Assembly (NCBI GenBank): GCA_951406725.2
Contig: OX597824.1
Span: 49,910,001-49,974,000 of the forward strand
DNA from: Octopus vulgaris
Taxonomy: Eukaryota
Direction of reading: 5' to 3'
Length of the DNA stretch: 64,000 bases
Shown here: piece by piece, positions 11,166-24,774 of the stretch
How positions within the stretch are numbered: the stretch's first letter is position 1
Layout: the number at the start of each line of letters is the position of its first letter
Notes under the pieces: model-generated
Told to the model about the DNA's origin: nothing
The model's database searches: none
The model's input: the letters and a program-made list of their open reading frames with translations, nothing else
Translations under genes and position numbers: made by a program

Positions 11166-12470
11166 AAAAGAGTAATATGTATGTGCGCGCGCGTGTATAT
11201 ATATATATGAATTATATATATTTGCATATACATACATACATATGCATACACACATACACACAGAGACAAACAAGCACACACATGTAAACAATATATTTCT
11301 TTAACCCTAAAAGAATATACAAGCACTGGCGCAGTGACTTAAAATGCTGAAGCTTTCTACACATCTTTGTATTTTCCAACGGGACTAAAGATATTGTGGT
11401 GCACAAGTTTACCGTAGTACAGTGGTAAAAAATGTCTGATGTGTCATTTTCAGTGTCTTTCATATTAACTTTGGGGCTTCATTCCTGAATAAGGTGAGAA
11501 TGTATCATGTTGGTAATAGTTGCTATGGTTTGGGAAGCTGAAGCAGTCTAACACTGGAATTGTTGAGGATTAGTGGCTATTGTAGTGACAATGATTGTAG
11601 TTGAAGGTTCGAAAGATGGATTAGTGACATGGAAACATGTAGCGGAGTATTGGTATGTTTTGCATATCAAGGAAATATTTGATCAATTTTTTCACTTAAA
11701 AAAAAAAAAAAATTTCATTTTAAGATTTTAAAAAATGCTTATGTTTTGATAAAATAATTTTAAATTGATTCGCATACAGTTTCTTAGATGAACAAATTGA
11801 GCTAAAAATCTAAGAAAAAGAATAAAAGAAAATATGAGGCACATACACTATCAAATGAAAAATAAAAGACATGTTTAACAAATGAAAACAAGAATTTACA
11901 CAATGCAAGCAAAAATATTTTATAACATCTATTTTCCTGGAGTTGCTACTCAAGGGGAACTATCAGATATCACTTAGCAGCCAGAGAAAAAGAAAAAGAA
12001 ATTTCAAAGCACTGTGGCAGTGGCTTGTCACTAAAGCAAGTACCTCCTTGCTTGAAGAATTTATCTCAGAACCAATAAGAAGAAACCAACAAGAAGAGAC
12101 GAACTCCTACTTTACACAGCCACTGAATGCTCTCTCGATTCACTGGCCAATGTAACACGAGGTTCACTGCAAATAATATTAGTTGCGTCTCTTTCGTTAC
12201 ACAATGCATACAGGTGATAAGCGTGGTGGCATCTGGTCAATTTGGATCTGTATGTGTACAGAAGTCCTTATGACATCTGAAGACAACAAATCCCTTCCAG
12301 ATGTGTAATTCATTGTATGTTCAGAAAGAAAAATTTGAGGATGCAAAACAACACACATGGCAGTTGGAGCTGTTTGAGGGCTTTCTACCCAGAGGAGCAA
12401 GAAACACAGAGAAAGTGCAATCAAAGGCCTGGAAAGGCTATGCATAATAGTGGGAACCGATTATCTAGAG

Positions 12471-12692
12471 CAGTAGTTCTCAACCATTTTTTTTATCTAT
12501 GGACCCCTTTCAATGTTTAAAAAAATTATATTACGTCTTTATAATTAAATATTATAAAAGAAAAAATGTGAAAATATTTTGTGTTTTGTGCATTACAGAA
12601 GTATAACCAATTTATTGCCCATACATTTTAACAACAAAATCTTATATGGATCCCAAGGGGCACACGACACGGAGTCCGGTTGAGAACCATTG
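12471..12692. mobile_element. hAT/Charlie-like MITE
   Basis: Terminal inverted repeats CAGTAGTTCTCAACC / GGTTGAGAACCATTG. Partial copies lie near 48520-48677 and 57980-58103. No clear 8-bp TSD. Confidence 0.65.
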
Positions 12693-12766
12693 ACACTATC
12701 TCAAGCTTATAATGTTCAAAATGTGCAGTACCATAACATTATGAGGACGAGGGCCTCTTAATATGC

Positions 12767-12833
<67 letters not shown>

Positions 12834-12843
12834 GGTATATATG

Positions 12844-12881
<38 letters not shown>

Positions 12882-13155
12882 TGGTATGAGTGTGCATATG
12901 TGTATGAGTGCGAGCGTGCGTGTGTGAGAGTGTGTACTTGTGTTTGCGTTAGGCTCAGAAATCAGTTGGATTGCTTACGTACCCGTAGCTAAGTAATTGA
13001 AACAAGTACTAGATTTACAAATAAACAAGTCCGGGCGTCGATTTGATCGACAAAAACCTTCAGTGGCCAGAACTGCTTCAGGCCACTCGCTGATTGATAG
13101 CAGTGGAGAATATACATACATACATACATACATACATACATACATACATACATAC

Positions 13156-13249
<94 letters not shown>

Positions 13250-13252
13250 GAT

Positions 13253-13467
13253 AAGGCAGCGAACTGGCAGAATCGTTAGCATATCGGGATAAATACTTAG
13301 CGCCATTTCTTATAGCTGTACGTTCTGAGTTCAAATTCTGCTGTGGTCAACTTTGTCTTCTGTCCTTTCGGAGTTCATAAGTACCAGTTAAACACACTGG
13401 GATCGATGTAATCAACTTATTTCCTCCCCTGAAATTACTGGTTTTGTGCCAAAATTTGAAACCAATA
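13253..13467 (+). mobile_element. SINE family B
   Basis: Family B head and core. Confidence 0.8.
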
Positions 13468-13880
13468 TGGAGTGACTGTGGTAAGAAGCTTGATTCCCAA
13501 CCACATGGTTCCGGGTTCAGTCCCACTTCGTGGCACCTTGGACAAGTACTTTCTACTGTAGCCTCGGGCCAACCAAAGCCTTGTGAGTGGATTTGGTAGT
13601 CGGAAAACGAAAGAAGCCTGTCGTATATATTTAGGATCGCGGTTTCGATTCCCAGACCGGGCGTTGTGTGTGTTTATTGAGCGAAAACACCTAAAAGCTC
13701 CACGAGGCTCCGGCAGGGGATGGTGATCCCTGCTGTACTCTTTCACCACTCTTTCTCTCTTTCTTCTGTTGGCCTGCTCGCTTAGTCAGCGGGGTGGCGT
13801 CGTTCGAATGCTAAAACAATGCGAACGCATTGTGACCAGCGATGTGTAGCAACATCTGATGGTCTGGTCGGTCACGTGAT

Positions 13881-13941
<61 letters not shown>

Positions 13942-14146
13942 TGTGTGTCTGTGTTTGTTTCCCCGCCATCGGTTGACAACCGATGCTAGTGTGTTTACGT
14001 CCCCATTACTTAGCGGTTCGGCAAAAGTAAACGATAGAATAAGTACTAGGCTTACAAAGAATAAATCCCGAGGTCGATTTGTTCGACTAAAGGCGGTGCT
14101 CCAGCATGGCCGCAGTCAAATGACTGAAACAAGTAAAATAATGAAA

Positions 14147-14148
<2 letters not shown>
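13468..14148 (+). mobile_element. SINE family A interrupted by a family C SINE (13631-13887)
   Basis: The A head ends at 13623; the insert GGATCGCGGTTTCGATTCCCAGACCGGGCG..CACGTGA sits in the internal (TA)n; the A tail resumes at about 13937. Confidence 0.8.
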
Positions 14149-14195
<47 letters not shown>

Positions 14196-14330
14196 TATAT
14201 GACACGAATGAAATGGATAATAGTCAGTTTATATGTACGTATACATCTAAGTATATGTCACATGTACATGCCGGCCTTACACACGAACATATTTAGCAAT
14301 ATTCATGCGTAGTCTTTGCTTGTATGCGTC

Positions 14331-14368
<38 letters not shown>

Positions 14369-14733
14369 TGTATGTATGTATACATGCATGCATGAATGAA
14401 TATATGCATGTACGTATTCCGTTAAGAAGTTCAACAAACAGGCTGCGGTCATGCTGGAGCACCACCTTCAAAGGTTTAGTCGATCATATCATCCCCAGTA
14501 TTTATTTGCTCTTTCTACTTACTTGATGTAACTTTATTTGTCGAAGCACAAAGTGCTGTTCAGGGGTATGGAACTCGGAACGATGTGGTTGAAAAGTGAA
14601 TTTCTTAACTATTTAGTAATGTCTGCATTCATGTTTGTATGTATGTATGTATGTATGTATGTATGTATGTATGTATGTATGTATGTATGTATGTATGTAG
14701 GTATGTATGTATGTATCTATCTATGTATCTATG

Positions 14734-14768
<35 letters not shown>

Positions 14769-15739
14769 ATAGTATATAAATGATACACACAGACGCACAT
14801 ACACATGCACATATACATGCTCATTACACACATATACACACTCTCATTACACAGATATACATACATATTGCGTACATCTATGAATCTGTGTGTTCATATA
14901 GAAGCGTGTGTGTGTATGTATGCATGTGTGGGTATGTTTGTGTGTGTGTGTGTGTGTGTGTTCGTGCGTACTCGTGCGTGCGCGTGTGCGTGCGTGTGTG
15001 CATGTGTGTGTTTGTGTGTGTATGTTTATTTGTGTGTATGTATTTGTGTGTGTGTGTAAATTTTTTTTTTATCTTGTCTGAAGGGCGGAATCAAGTTGCC
15101 CTTCCGCTTGGGGAAGCACGAGTGATGAATATATATCCATTGTAGTCCATAGGGACATGATTTTGCTCCTTTGTTTTCGGAATATTTCAATTCAGAACAC
15201 ATTAAAATGTTGTGCTGAAAACAAAACAATAAGAAAAATCGAAGGAAAATGTATGTAAGGGGTGTAGAGACGCGATCAGGAAAGAGAAGAGGTGGAGGAG
15301 AAGTAGGAGGAGAGGAGGAGGAGGAGAAGAAGAAGAAGAAGAAGAAGAGGAGGAGGAGGAGGGGGTGGAGATGGAATATGTGAAGAGTTGAAATGAGATG
15401 AGATGAGGTAGCGGCGAGGGAGATGACGAACGAGAAAGATTGATTGATACAGAAAGGGAAAGAGAGAGAGAGAGAGAGAAAGAGAGATGAAGAGGGAGAA
15501 AAAGAAGAAAAGAAGGGGAAATAATAGGAAGAGAAGGAGAGGAAAATAGACAGATAGATAGGTAGATAGACAGAGAGAGAAAGAGAACGAAAGAGAGAGA
15601 GAGAGAGAGAAAAGGAGAGAAAGAAATTTTAGAGTTCATAATAGCAAAGTGTGGAAATATTGAAAAGTTAGAAGAGAGAGAGAGGGAGAGAGAAATAAAG
15701 TGGTGTGTATGTATATAAATATATGCATGTATATATGTA

Positions 15740-15781
<42 letters not shown>

Positions 15782-15851
15782 TATACATACAGATACATAC
15801 ACACACACATATATATACACGCATATATTCAAATATGATATAAAAGCAGCG

Positions 15852-15954
<103 letters not shown>

Positions 15955-16536
15955 ATGTATATATGTAGGTGTGTACTTTATGAGGGACCAGTGAAAGAGA
16001 AAGAAAGATATGGAGAAAGAGATGGGGAGTGAGGGAGGGGTAAAAGTAGAAGAATAAGAAAAAAACGAGAGACTGAATTTCCTTGAATATTATATAAATC
16101 ATAAGAAGGATGGGAGAAACAGTGAATTAATAGAAGTCTAATGGTATTTGTGTAAGTGGAGAAGGAAGCTGATACGGGATACGTTTGAAATGATGTTAAC
16201 AATGTTTTGTATGCAGCTCTAGTTCACTTTTGTCTTATTTTTTACAGCCCATCATTTTTGAACCACCAGGGAAATATATATTTTTTTTACGAGGGAGTGG
16301 AAGGCTTTATTGTATGCTTCGCGTGTCCAATTTTCAGTCGTAGAATCAAAATCTATAAGATAGATGAAGAAGCGAAAGTTACAGCGTTATACAGGTGTCA
16401 GAAGATAGAGCGTCACTTCTGTTGAAAGGGACGTTGTTAATTTGAATATGCAACCGCATTGTCTGCACACCGATATCGTTATCGGTGGGACATGAAGATT
16501 TACTGATTATGCGTTGAGACATCAAAAATACTGAAC

Positions 16537-16925
16537 CAGGTGTAGCTCTGTGGTAAGAAGTTTTCCTAACCACATGGTTCCAGGTTCAGTTCCACCATGT
16601 GGCACTTTGGGCAAGTGTCTTTTACTTTAGTCCTGGGCAGACCAAAGCTTTGTGAGCGAATTTCGTAGATGGAAACTGAAAAGAAAAAAACAAAACCGTC
16701 GTATAATATATATTTATGCGTGTGAGTGTTTGTCTCTCACGACCGCTTGACAACTGGCAGGTGTTGGTGCGTTTACGTCTCCGTAACTTAGCGGTTCGGC
16801 AAAAAAGAACGATAGAATTAATGTCTGGATCAAGAAAGGAAGTAACTGGAGTTGATTTGTTCGACTAAAATTTCTCAAGTCTGTATCCCAGGATGGCTGC
16901 AGTCTAATGACTGAAACAAGTAAAT
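16537..16925 (+). mobile_element. SINE family A
   Basis: Head and tail motifs. Confidence 0.8.
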
Positions 16926-17179
16926 ATTCCTATATGGTTGTGAAAGAGGCAAAAACTGTAAATCTGACTTGCAGTGTCTTTATAAATGGCTCAACTGTTT
17001 TCCTATATCTGATAAGGAATGTTATAGTGGGAGTCTCATCCATGTACTTAAGTATATATATATAATATATATATAAATTATATATGTATGTATATATATA
17101 GATACATACATACATATATATATATATATGAATAAATGAAAGAATGGAGTAGAACGAAGATGTTAACAAAATTCCTTTA

Positions 17180-17261
17180 CTCTCGACACATGTTTCGAAG
17201 ACAGCATGTTTTCATTCCAAAGGAATAAAGGGTGCATTATACAATCTTCTCATCAGGAAAG
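17180..17261 (-). ncRNA. Canonical-core type I hammerhead with extended stem II
   Basis: Minus strand: CTTTC-CTGATGA-GAAGA..TTATTCC/GGAATGA..TCTTC-GAAAC ATGT GTC-GAGAG. Confidence 0.9.
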
Positions 17262-17732
17262 AAAGGGAGCCTCTCTCGACAACAAGACAAACAAAAATTT
17301 CGATGATTGCCTACGTGGTAAACAAAGCGATAATGAGTGTTTTTTTTTAAAAAAACCGTTAGAAGAATTGACGTCAAAAATAGATAGTAGGAAGAAAAGG
17401 GATAAAGTAATAATAGGTAGGGAACAGTATGTTTGCTGTATGTATGGAAATGTGTGGGTGTGTGCTTGTGTTAATGAGTGCGTGTGTTTGTGTGTATGTA
17501 TGTGTGTGTATAACTGCATTTGTGTCTGTGTGTGTGATCGTGTGTGTGAGAGAGAGACAGACGTCAAAGATAGATAGTAGGAAGAGAAGGTATAAAGGAA
17601 TAATAGGTAGGGAACAAGTGGAGAGGGAAAGGTACGTTGATTGAAAGAATGTTCGAAGGCTTAGGAAAGAATTTCTCTATAGCAGTGGGGTGGACGTAAA
17701 GCTAATTGTTCAAACCACATTGACTATCGTTA

Positions 17733-18914
17733 TCATTTATATGAGTAGAAAGTGTGTTTCTGCCAGTGTTTACATTTGTACGATTTTTCTATGAGTGTGT
17801 TTACTAGGGGAACCTTAGCGAAAAGAATATGGAAGAGTTCAAAGTTACAAATGTTACAAAATCTCCTGCCCTTATCAGAAGAAAAGGATACAGACAGTAT
17901 GAACCAATCTAACTTGAAAATTATATTGTTGTCTTTAAGACGCCAAACTAATTTACTTAGCCCTGTGCTATGTCGTTTTTTACTTGAGTAGTGGTTTGAA
18001 ATTCTCTTGGATAACTGGGAAGTGGACGCTCCTATATAGAAGAAGACATCGGTACCGGAAGAAATTCTACACTGGTAAATAGAATTCTTAATCTTAGAAT
18101 TACTAGACAAAAATTTAATTCTGTTGGTGTTGTCCTCCGAGATCGAGACGAAGTTTTTATTGTTATGATTGTTGTTACTATTATTATTAGCGCTAACAAC
18201 TACACTATTTCTATTATTATTAGTATTATTAAAGGTATTACAACCAGTAATACCACCGACAATAACACCGTTATTGCTGTTACCATCAACACTACCATTG
18301 TTATTAACACGACTAATACTATTATTAATATTATCATTGTTAACACTTTCGCTGCTACTAATGCTGCTACTATTAATACTATTCCTATTATTATGATTGT
18401 ATGATGGGTTGGAATTAGCAAGATTAGTGTTGGAACTCCCGGGTGAAGAATATTTGTTTAGCAGCTTGGTATTGTGGGAAGATATAATTTGTGAAAGATT
18501 CCTAGTGTTAGAGAAAGCTATTCTGACCTTGTGGGAATTGATAATAGAATGATATCTAGAATTTCTGGGAAAGTTCCTAGCAACGGCTTCACGGAACTGT
18601 AAGGGAAGGTTCGATTTAATTTGTTTTCCGAAAGGAATTACAAACCAGATACAGTTTTTTGTGGCCTTTGAATTGTTCTTAGTGTTGTTTGTGATAGTAA
18701 GGGGAAAATTTCTGTGTTGGAAATTTGGGGTTGCGTGGAGCTTACCTCCCCTAGTCCGTAAAGAATTTATTTTATGTACAGGGTTGCTGGCACTATTAGA
18801 ATTGAAATCATTATTCCTATTACGAGTAACTTTACTATCTGGAGAAGCAGATGTTGGTTTAGAATGAGCTGGGTCGATGTATGACACTTTCTCCTTATAA
18901 CCGGCTCTTGACAA
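17733..18914 (-). pseudogene. PLE thumb/linker plus GIY-YIG endonuclease
   Basis: CIWFVIPF..., an Asn/Ser-rich linker, then IYQCRI..FYIGAST..KRISNH..LSKLVWRLK..CNICNFE..CKH. Confidence 0.88.
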
Positions 18915-18957
18915 GGCGGCGTTATAGAAGTCTGCCTTTTGGTTAAAGATGTCTACA

Positions 18958-19687
18958 TTAGCAGATAATTTGGTGTCTCAGAGATATGTTTTTAACTAAA
19001 TTATCGGTAATTGGCTTGGTATGATTACTGAAAATGATGATATACTTAAGATTAGTGGAAGGTTTATGATAAGGGAAGTATGAGTTATTCTGCAGATTGA
19101 GGGTAATGTCCAAGAAGATGGCTTTAGTTAATTCATCGTCAAAATCTATGCGCAAGCCCATTCTACTAAAAAACCTAACTAATCTGTTCTTAACCTTCTG
19201 TATTTTTTGGTTCGAAAAGTTTTGGAGGTAAAGCAGACAATCGTCGCGATAAAGACCTCCACAGATGTCCGGGAATTGGTCGGCCATTTCATAAAGAATA
19301 TAAATTCCGACCAAATCGGCTATCTGGGCGCTGTCTGTACTTCCCATTAGTACATCAAACGCATTAGGGGTATCTCTACGGACCCACAACTTGCTATCGA
19401 ACTGGATGAAAGATTTCCTAGCAGTCAATATCACACTAATTTCCTCCCTGGAGAGGCCTGCCTTATTGTGTGCGTGCCATAGGGCATTATTAAGTATAAT
19501 AGGGTTGATTGAAGAATAGAAACTAGATATATCGAATTGGATAAATTTAGTGTTGGCCTTATTAGTAATGGAAGTAAACCAATCTACAACTTGAACAGAA
19601 TTAGACCATAAGCTAAGTTTTAATTTATTAATTAATATAGGGATATACTTATCTAATATGTATTTACTAAGGGTACCGATGTCTGAA
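18958..19687 (-). pseudogene. PLE reverse transcriptase (partial, frameshifted)
   Basis: FIQFDISSFYSSI, FDVLMGSTDSAQIADLVG, GLYRDDCL, FLDITLNL..YHKP..SNH. The ORF track's N-terminus (19688-19815) is inverted UTR, not RT. Confidence 0.9.
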
Positions 19688-19917
19688 CTCTCTCTCACAC
19701 ACACAATCACACACACAGACACAAATGCAGTTATACACACACATACACACACACAAATACACGTACTCATTAACACAAGCACACACCCACACATTTCCAT
19801 ACATACAGCAAACATACTGTTCCCTACCTATTATTACTTTATCCCTTTTCTTCCTACTATCTATTTTTGACGTCAATTCTTTCTAACGGTTTTTAAAAAA
19901 AAAAACACTCATTATCG

Positions 19918-20482
<565 letters not shown>

Positions 20483-20576
20483 ATCCAAACACGAACAAAG
20501 AGAAAACACAACAACGCGAGGATGTAGAACAAGTATAGTGTTATTAGATGCTCAGGAAAGGAAAGAAAGAAGGAGG

Positions 20577-20611
20577 ATTTAACGTTTCGAGCGGAGCTCT
20601 TCGCTAGAAAC
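20577..20611 (-). ncRNA. Degenerate minimal hammerhead in a PLE end (20477-20690)
   Basis: GTTT-CTAGCGA-A-GAGC TCC GCTC-GAAAC GTT-AAAT; the core is mutated from CTGANGA. Confidence 0.6.
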
Positions 20612-20799
20612 ATAGAAAAAGGAAAGTTCCAAGGAAGGGAAGACGGAGAAATGAAATCGCCAACGATATACATGCGGTCACATATTGAAAAACTCCGCTC
20701 ACAAGGGTTTGGTCGGCCCAGGACTAAAGTAAAATGCACTTGCCCACATATATATATATATGTGTTTGCAATACCAATACTCATACTTGAGCTATTTTA

Positions 20800-21960
20800 T
20801 TGAATGCTTAATGAGATCCAAATCATTGATGTGAAAATCCGGAAGATACTGATCAACAATAATAATTTTCACATCGAAAATAACGTAGACCATCTCTACC
20901 TGAAACAAGGAAGCAGAGGCTTAACGTTGATGTAGACTTCTTTTGAATACCACATGGTATCCTTTCGGCAACACCTTTTAACCACAAAATGCCGAAGTGC
21001 ATCTCTTGACCAAGTCTGAATACACAAGGCAGATAACATCATGGAATTTGGAAAGCATCTCCTCGCACAACATAACTTGTCTTATGACCTTGAATACATG
21101 TCCAAAGAAGTCGCACGACTCTAGCGCAACATATCATTAGATGAAAAGATGAGTGCATATCAGTAGAAGACCATACATGGATATGTTAGCAGAAAACTCC
21201 AGGATGACAGCCACATTGAAATTCAAAGCAGTATATCGAGGGCCACCAACTGGATCACTAACTCTTACTTTGAAGGGTATGATTTTGCAGTTCAGGAACA
21301 GGAAATAGCAACCAACTTCCCGATGCTCAAAAATTATAGACACAGGAAAACACCAAAATATGATAACCAATGCAGATTTGTCCGAAAATGTCAACTCGCT
21401 ATTACTTACCAATGAGACATGATGTTGTAGCCAAGACACTGCATAATGAGATCCATCGGAAGACTCCTGAGGCCAAAGAGATAAGAATACACATTGTGGT
21501 AGAGGCCATAGCTACTGATAATATGAAAGGGGGAATATTCTAGTGAAAACCTTAATGAAGAGAAACTAAGTACGAAGCTAAGTACTCGTATAGGAGTTTA
21601 AATTAGCTGTCCAGTGGACGTCAACATAAAGCTAAAGAACAGTGATTATTGCATCTACACTAAGCTATCGGGAAATTTACAGCTACTCTACTCAGGTGGA
21701 ATGTTCAGATTTATACCCGTAATTATTGGGATACTGGTGTATGTAAGAAACCGCCTCAGCAACGATATTTAGAAATTTGGCTTCTCAGAACCAGAAAAGC
21801 GAAAGCTAATTAGATTACTAATATAAGCCATCAATGGAATAGTTAAAATATGTAAAACTTCCTAAAAGTTTAGTATACGAGTACATATGGACGGGTCTAG
21901 ATATGCAGCTATATTCATCAGAATAAGTACATAAACTAAAATATACAAATCTGCACATGC
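20800..21960 (+). mobile_element. Highly degenerate R4/Dong-like LINE 3' portion
   Basis: Remnant peptides DHLYLK.GSRGL, KP/T.HGY, EG..FAVQEQEI, CRF, FIPVIIG.LG in the expected order, with many stops. Confidence 0.55.
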
Positions 21961-22219
21961 ACTGACTCCATTCCATTTATTGCTCACATGCACGCAAACA
22001 TGCACAAATACTTTGTTGATGTTGTTTAAATTTCCAGTGAAGGAGCCATGGATCTCGTTTAGATTAATTGGCAAGAGATCTAGAACTCCCCCCCCGTAGT
22101 AACGCGTATACATACATACATACATACATACATACATACATACATACATGTATGTAGACATATGTGCATACACGTATATATATATATCTATACAATATGT
22201 TACATTACTCGGTAGTCAA

Positions 22220-22280
22220 GATAAAACTCTGAGTTTCAGATGTCGAAGTGGAAATCCACAACACCATCTCTTCGGTTATC
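22220..22280 (-). ncRNA. Type I hammerhead, CCGAAGA variant
   Basis: GATAA-CCGAAGA-GATG..GTGG/CCAC..CATC-T-GAAACTCAGAGTT-TTATC. Confidence 0.7.
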
Positions 22281-22475
22281 TGGCTATTTGAAAACGTTAT
22301 GAAAAAATACCGTTAAAAATGAAGGGAAATTACTCTGTTGTAACTCTGCTTTGCCTGCGTACTTATACATCGCTCGCATTTTTCGTCATAAAAATTATAT
22401 AAAAATACATAAAAATATATAAAAATATATAAAAATATATAAAATCTTCTTGGGACATAACACAGAAAGCATGTT

Positions 22476-22890
22476 CTATCCGTTTTCTTTAGGGGACCAA
22501 AAACGTAACAGGAATTTAGTCACATGTGGGCATGATCCGAAAAGCTCTGTCCTTGTATTTAGACATGTGGTAGGGTCTAAGCTGCTTTTCCAGATAAGCC
22601 ATCTCTCCATGTCGCATAAACCGCACCTTCCGCTGCCGTTAGTATAGGGCTTACATCTGGCCAAAATCTTCCATTGTATGTTATAATCGACACCTTTATC
22701 TCTTAAAGACCAAATATGATTGGATAATTGTGTCGCTTTTCTTTTGTTCCAGTGCCTAAAGCTCAAAGTGTGGTTATTGAACCTGGCCTTGAAATTACCC
22801 TCTGTCAGGCCCACGTATTTCTTCGTCGAAACGGTGTCTTTAGTGGTTATAGAGTTTACGGTAGCTTCATATATGATGGTCTTGGACATG
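22476..22890 (-). pseudogene. PLE GIY-YIG endonuclease (Nematis-like)
   Basis: IIYEATV..KYVGLTEGNFKARFNNH..ATQLSNHIWSLR..WKIL..CGLCDME..LNTRTEL..CPH. Confidence 0.92.
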
Positions 22891-22891
22891 C

Positions 22892-23022
22892 TGTGATCTA
22901 ATTGGACTCTTTCTCCTAGATACCTTCGGTAAGACATTCCCTAACGTACATTTCGCCATCTACAAAGATGATGCCCTCGCCTTAACAGCTAATACAAATG
23001 GACCAGCACAAGATCGTTTTAG
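22892..23022 (+). pseudogene. PLE RT fragment in inverted orientation
   Basis: Plus frame from 22892 reads CDLIGLFLLDTFGKTFPNVHFAIYKDDALALTANTNGPAQDRFR (YxDD motif). Confidence 0.75.
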
Positions 23023-23144
23023 GACATCTGAAACTCAGAGTTTTATCTTGACTACCGAGTAATGTAACATATTGTATAGATAAATTTCCTCTATTTACAT
23101 AATATTGAGGTCTCTTTCTTTCTTTTGTTATCTTACCGTTTTAT

Positions 23145-23226
<82 letters not shown>

Positions 23227-23257
23227 ATATGCATATATGTAAACACACACATGGATA

Positions 23258-23308
<51 letters not shown>

Positions 23309-23664
23309 CCACAAGACACATGCGAACCTCACAATCTCAATGAATTCCTGTCTAAATTCATTACACAAGACATGAATTCATTGAGATCCCTTAACAACTG
23401 GTCAGAAATTGGCTGGGTCTATGAAAATTAATCTTGATGAAGTAAATATAGCGAAAACATGTGCATCTCCAACTTATGTTAACTTCTGGATAGCTAGAGG
23501 ATACTTACGCATACTCGACGTTTAAGGCGAGCAGAAAGATGTTCGTCGTGAAGATTTACTTCTATTGGCAGTCAGGAACGAAAGTGTGTTCAAAAAGCGA
23601 CCTGAATGCACCTGAGAAAATTCATACAAACTAGATAGTGGAAATAGATGCACGCCCGTACACA

Positions 23665-23713
<49 letters not shown>

Positions 23714-24073
23714 AAGCACACACACACATGCTCAGAGAAAAAAATGCTGGAATCTTAGCTAGACGGAACTTACACCCTAATGTTAATTATGCATATCCTG
23801 GAGAACTCATGCCATCAAAAATCAGCTGTATGGAGATCACCTATATGCTTCCTGCATAAGAAGAAAAAGGCGCTTGCGCCCTGCAGTGCTTTGCTCTTGA
23901 GTTACTACTAGCAAGTAACGAACTGCTGTAGATGCATAAGCATGCTCGAACTAGAGCAGGTCGAACACAACGTACATAGACTAACTCAGTAGAGATATTG
24001 AATACTTCCAGAAGACCTCACCTCGACTAATGCAATGGGTTAGAAATGTCCGACCAAGCTCGATCAGATGATG

Positions 24074-24141
<68 letters not shown>

Positions 24142-24213
24142 GTCTGTCTGTCTATCTATCTATATAGATACAGACATACACATACATTCATATATATATA
24201 TATATATATATAA

Positions 24214-24288
<75 letters not shown>

Positions 24289-24290
<2 letters not shown>

Positions 24291-24451
24291 CGCAGGAGTG
24301 GCTGTGTGGTAAGTAGCTTGCTAACCAACCACATGGTTTCGGGTTCAGTCCCACTGCGTGGCATCTTGAGCAAGTGTCTTCTGCTATAGCCCCGGGCCAA
24401 CCAATGCCTTGTGAGTGGATTTGGTAGACGGAAACTGAAAGAAGCCTGTCG

Positions 24452-24518
<67 letters not shown>

Positions 24519-24700
24519 TTGTGTGCTGATCTGTTTACATCCCCGTCACTTAGCGGTTCGGCAAAAAGAGACCGATAGAATAAGTACTGGGCTTACAAAG
24601 AATAAGTCCCGGGGTCGATTTGCTCGACTAAAGGCTGTGCTCTAGCATGGCCGCAGTCAAATGACAGAAACAAGTAAAAGAAAGAAAGAAAAGAAAAAGA
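24289..24700 (+). mobile_element. SINE family A, well conserved
   Basis: Complete head, internal (TA)n, tail and a (GAAA)n end. Confidence 0.9.
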
Positions 24701-24774
24701 AAGAAAGAAAGATATATATATAATATTTATATATACGTATATATATATATATCCATTTACTTGAGTATAATATA

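Larger units (their letters stand above)
22184..23137. mobile_element. Rearranged PLE: minus-strand GIY-YIG and pLTR, plus inverted RT fragment and inverted pLTR end
   Basis: 22184-22244 is inverted at 23023-23082; flanked by (TA)n. Confidence 0.85.

Noticed and set aside
11950-12460. Possible hAT transposase remnant
   Set aside because: I could not recover convincing motifs in a consistent frame; needs a translated search.
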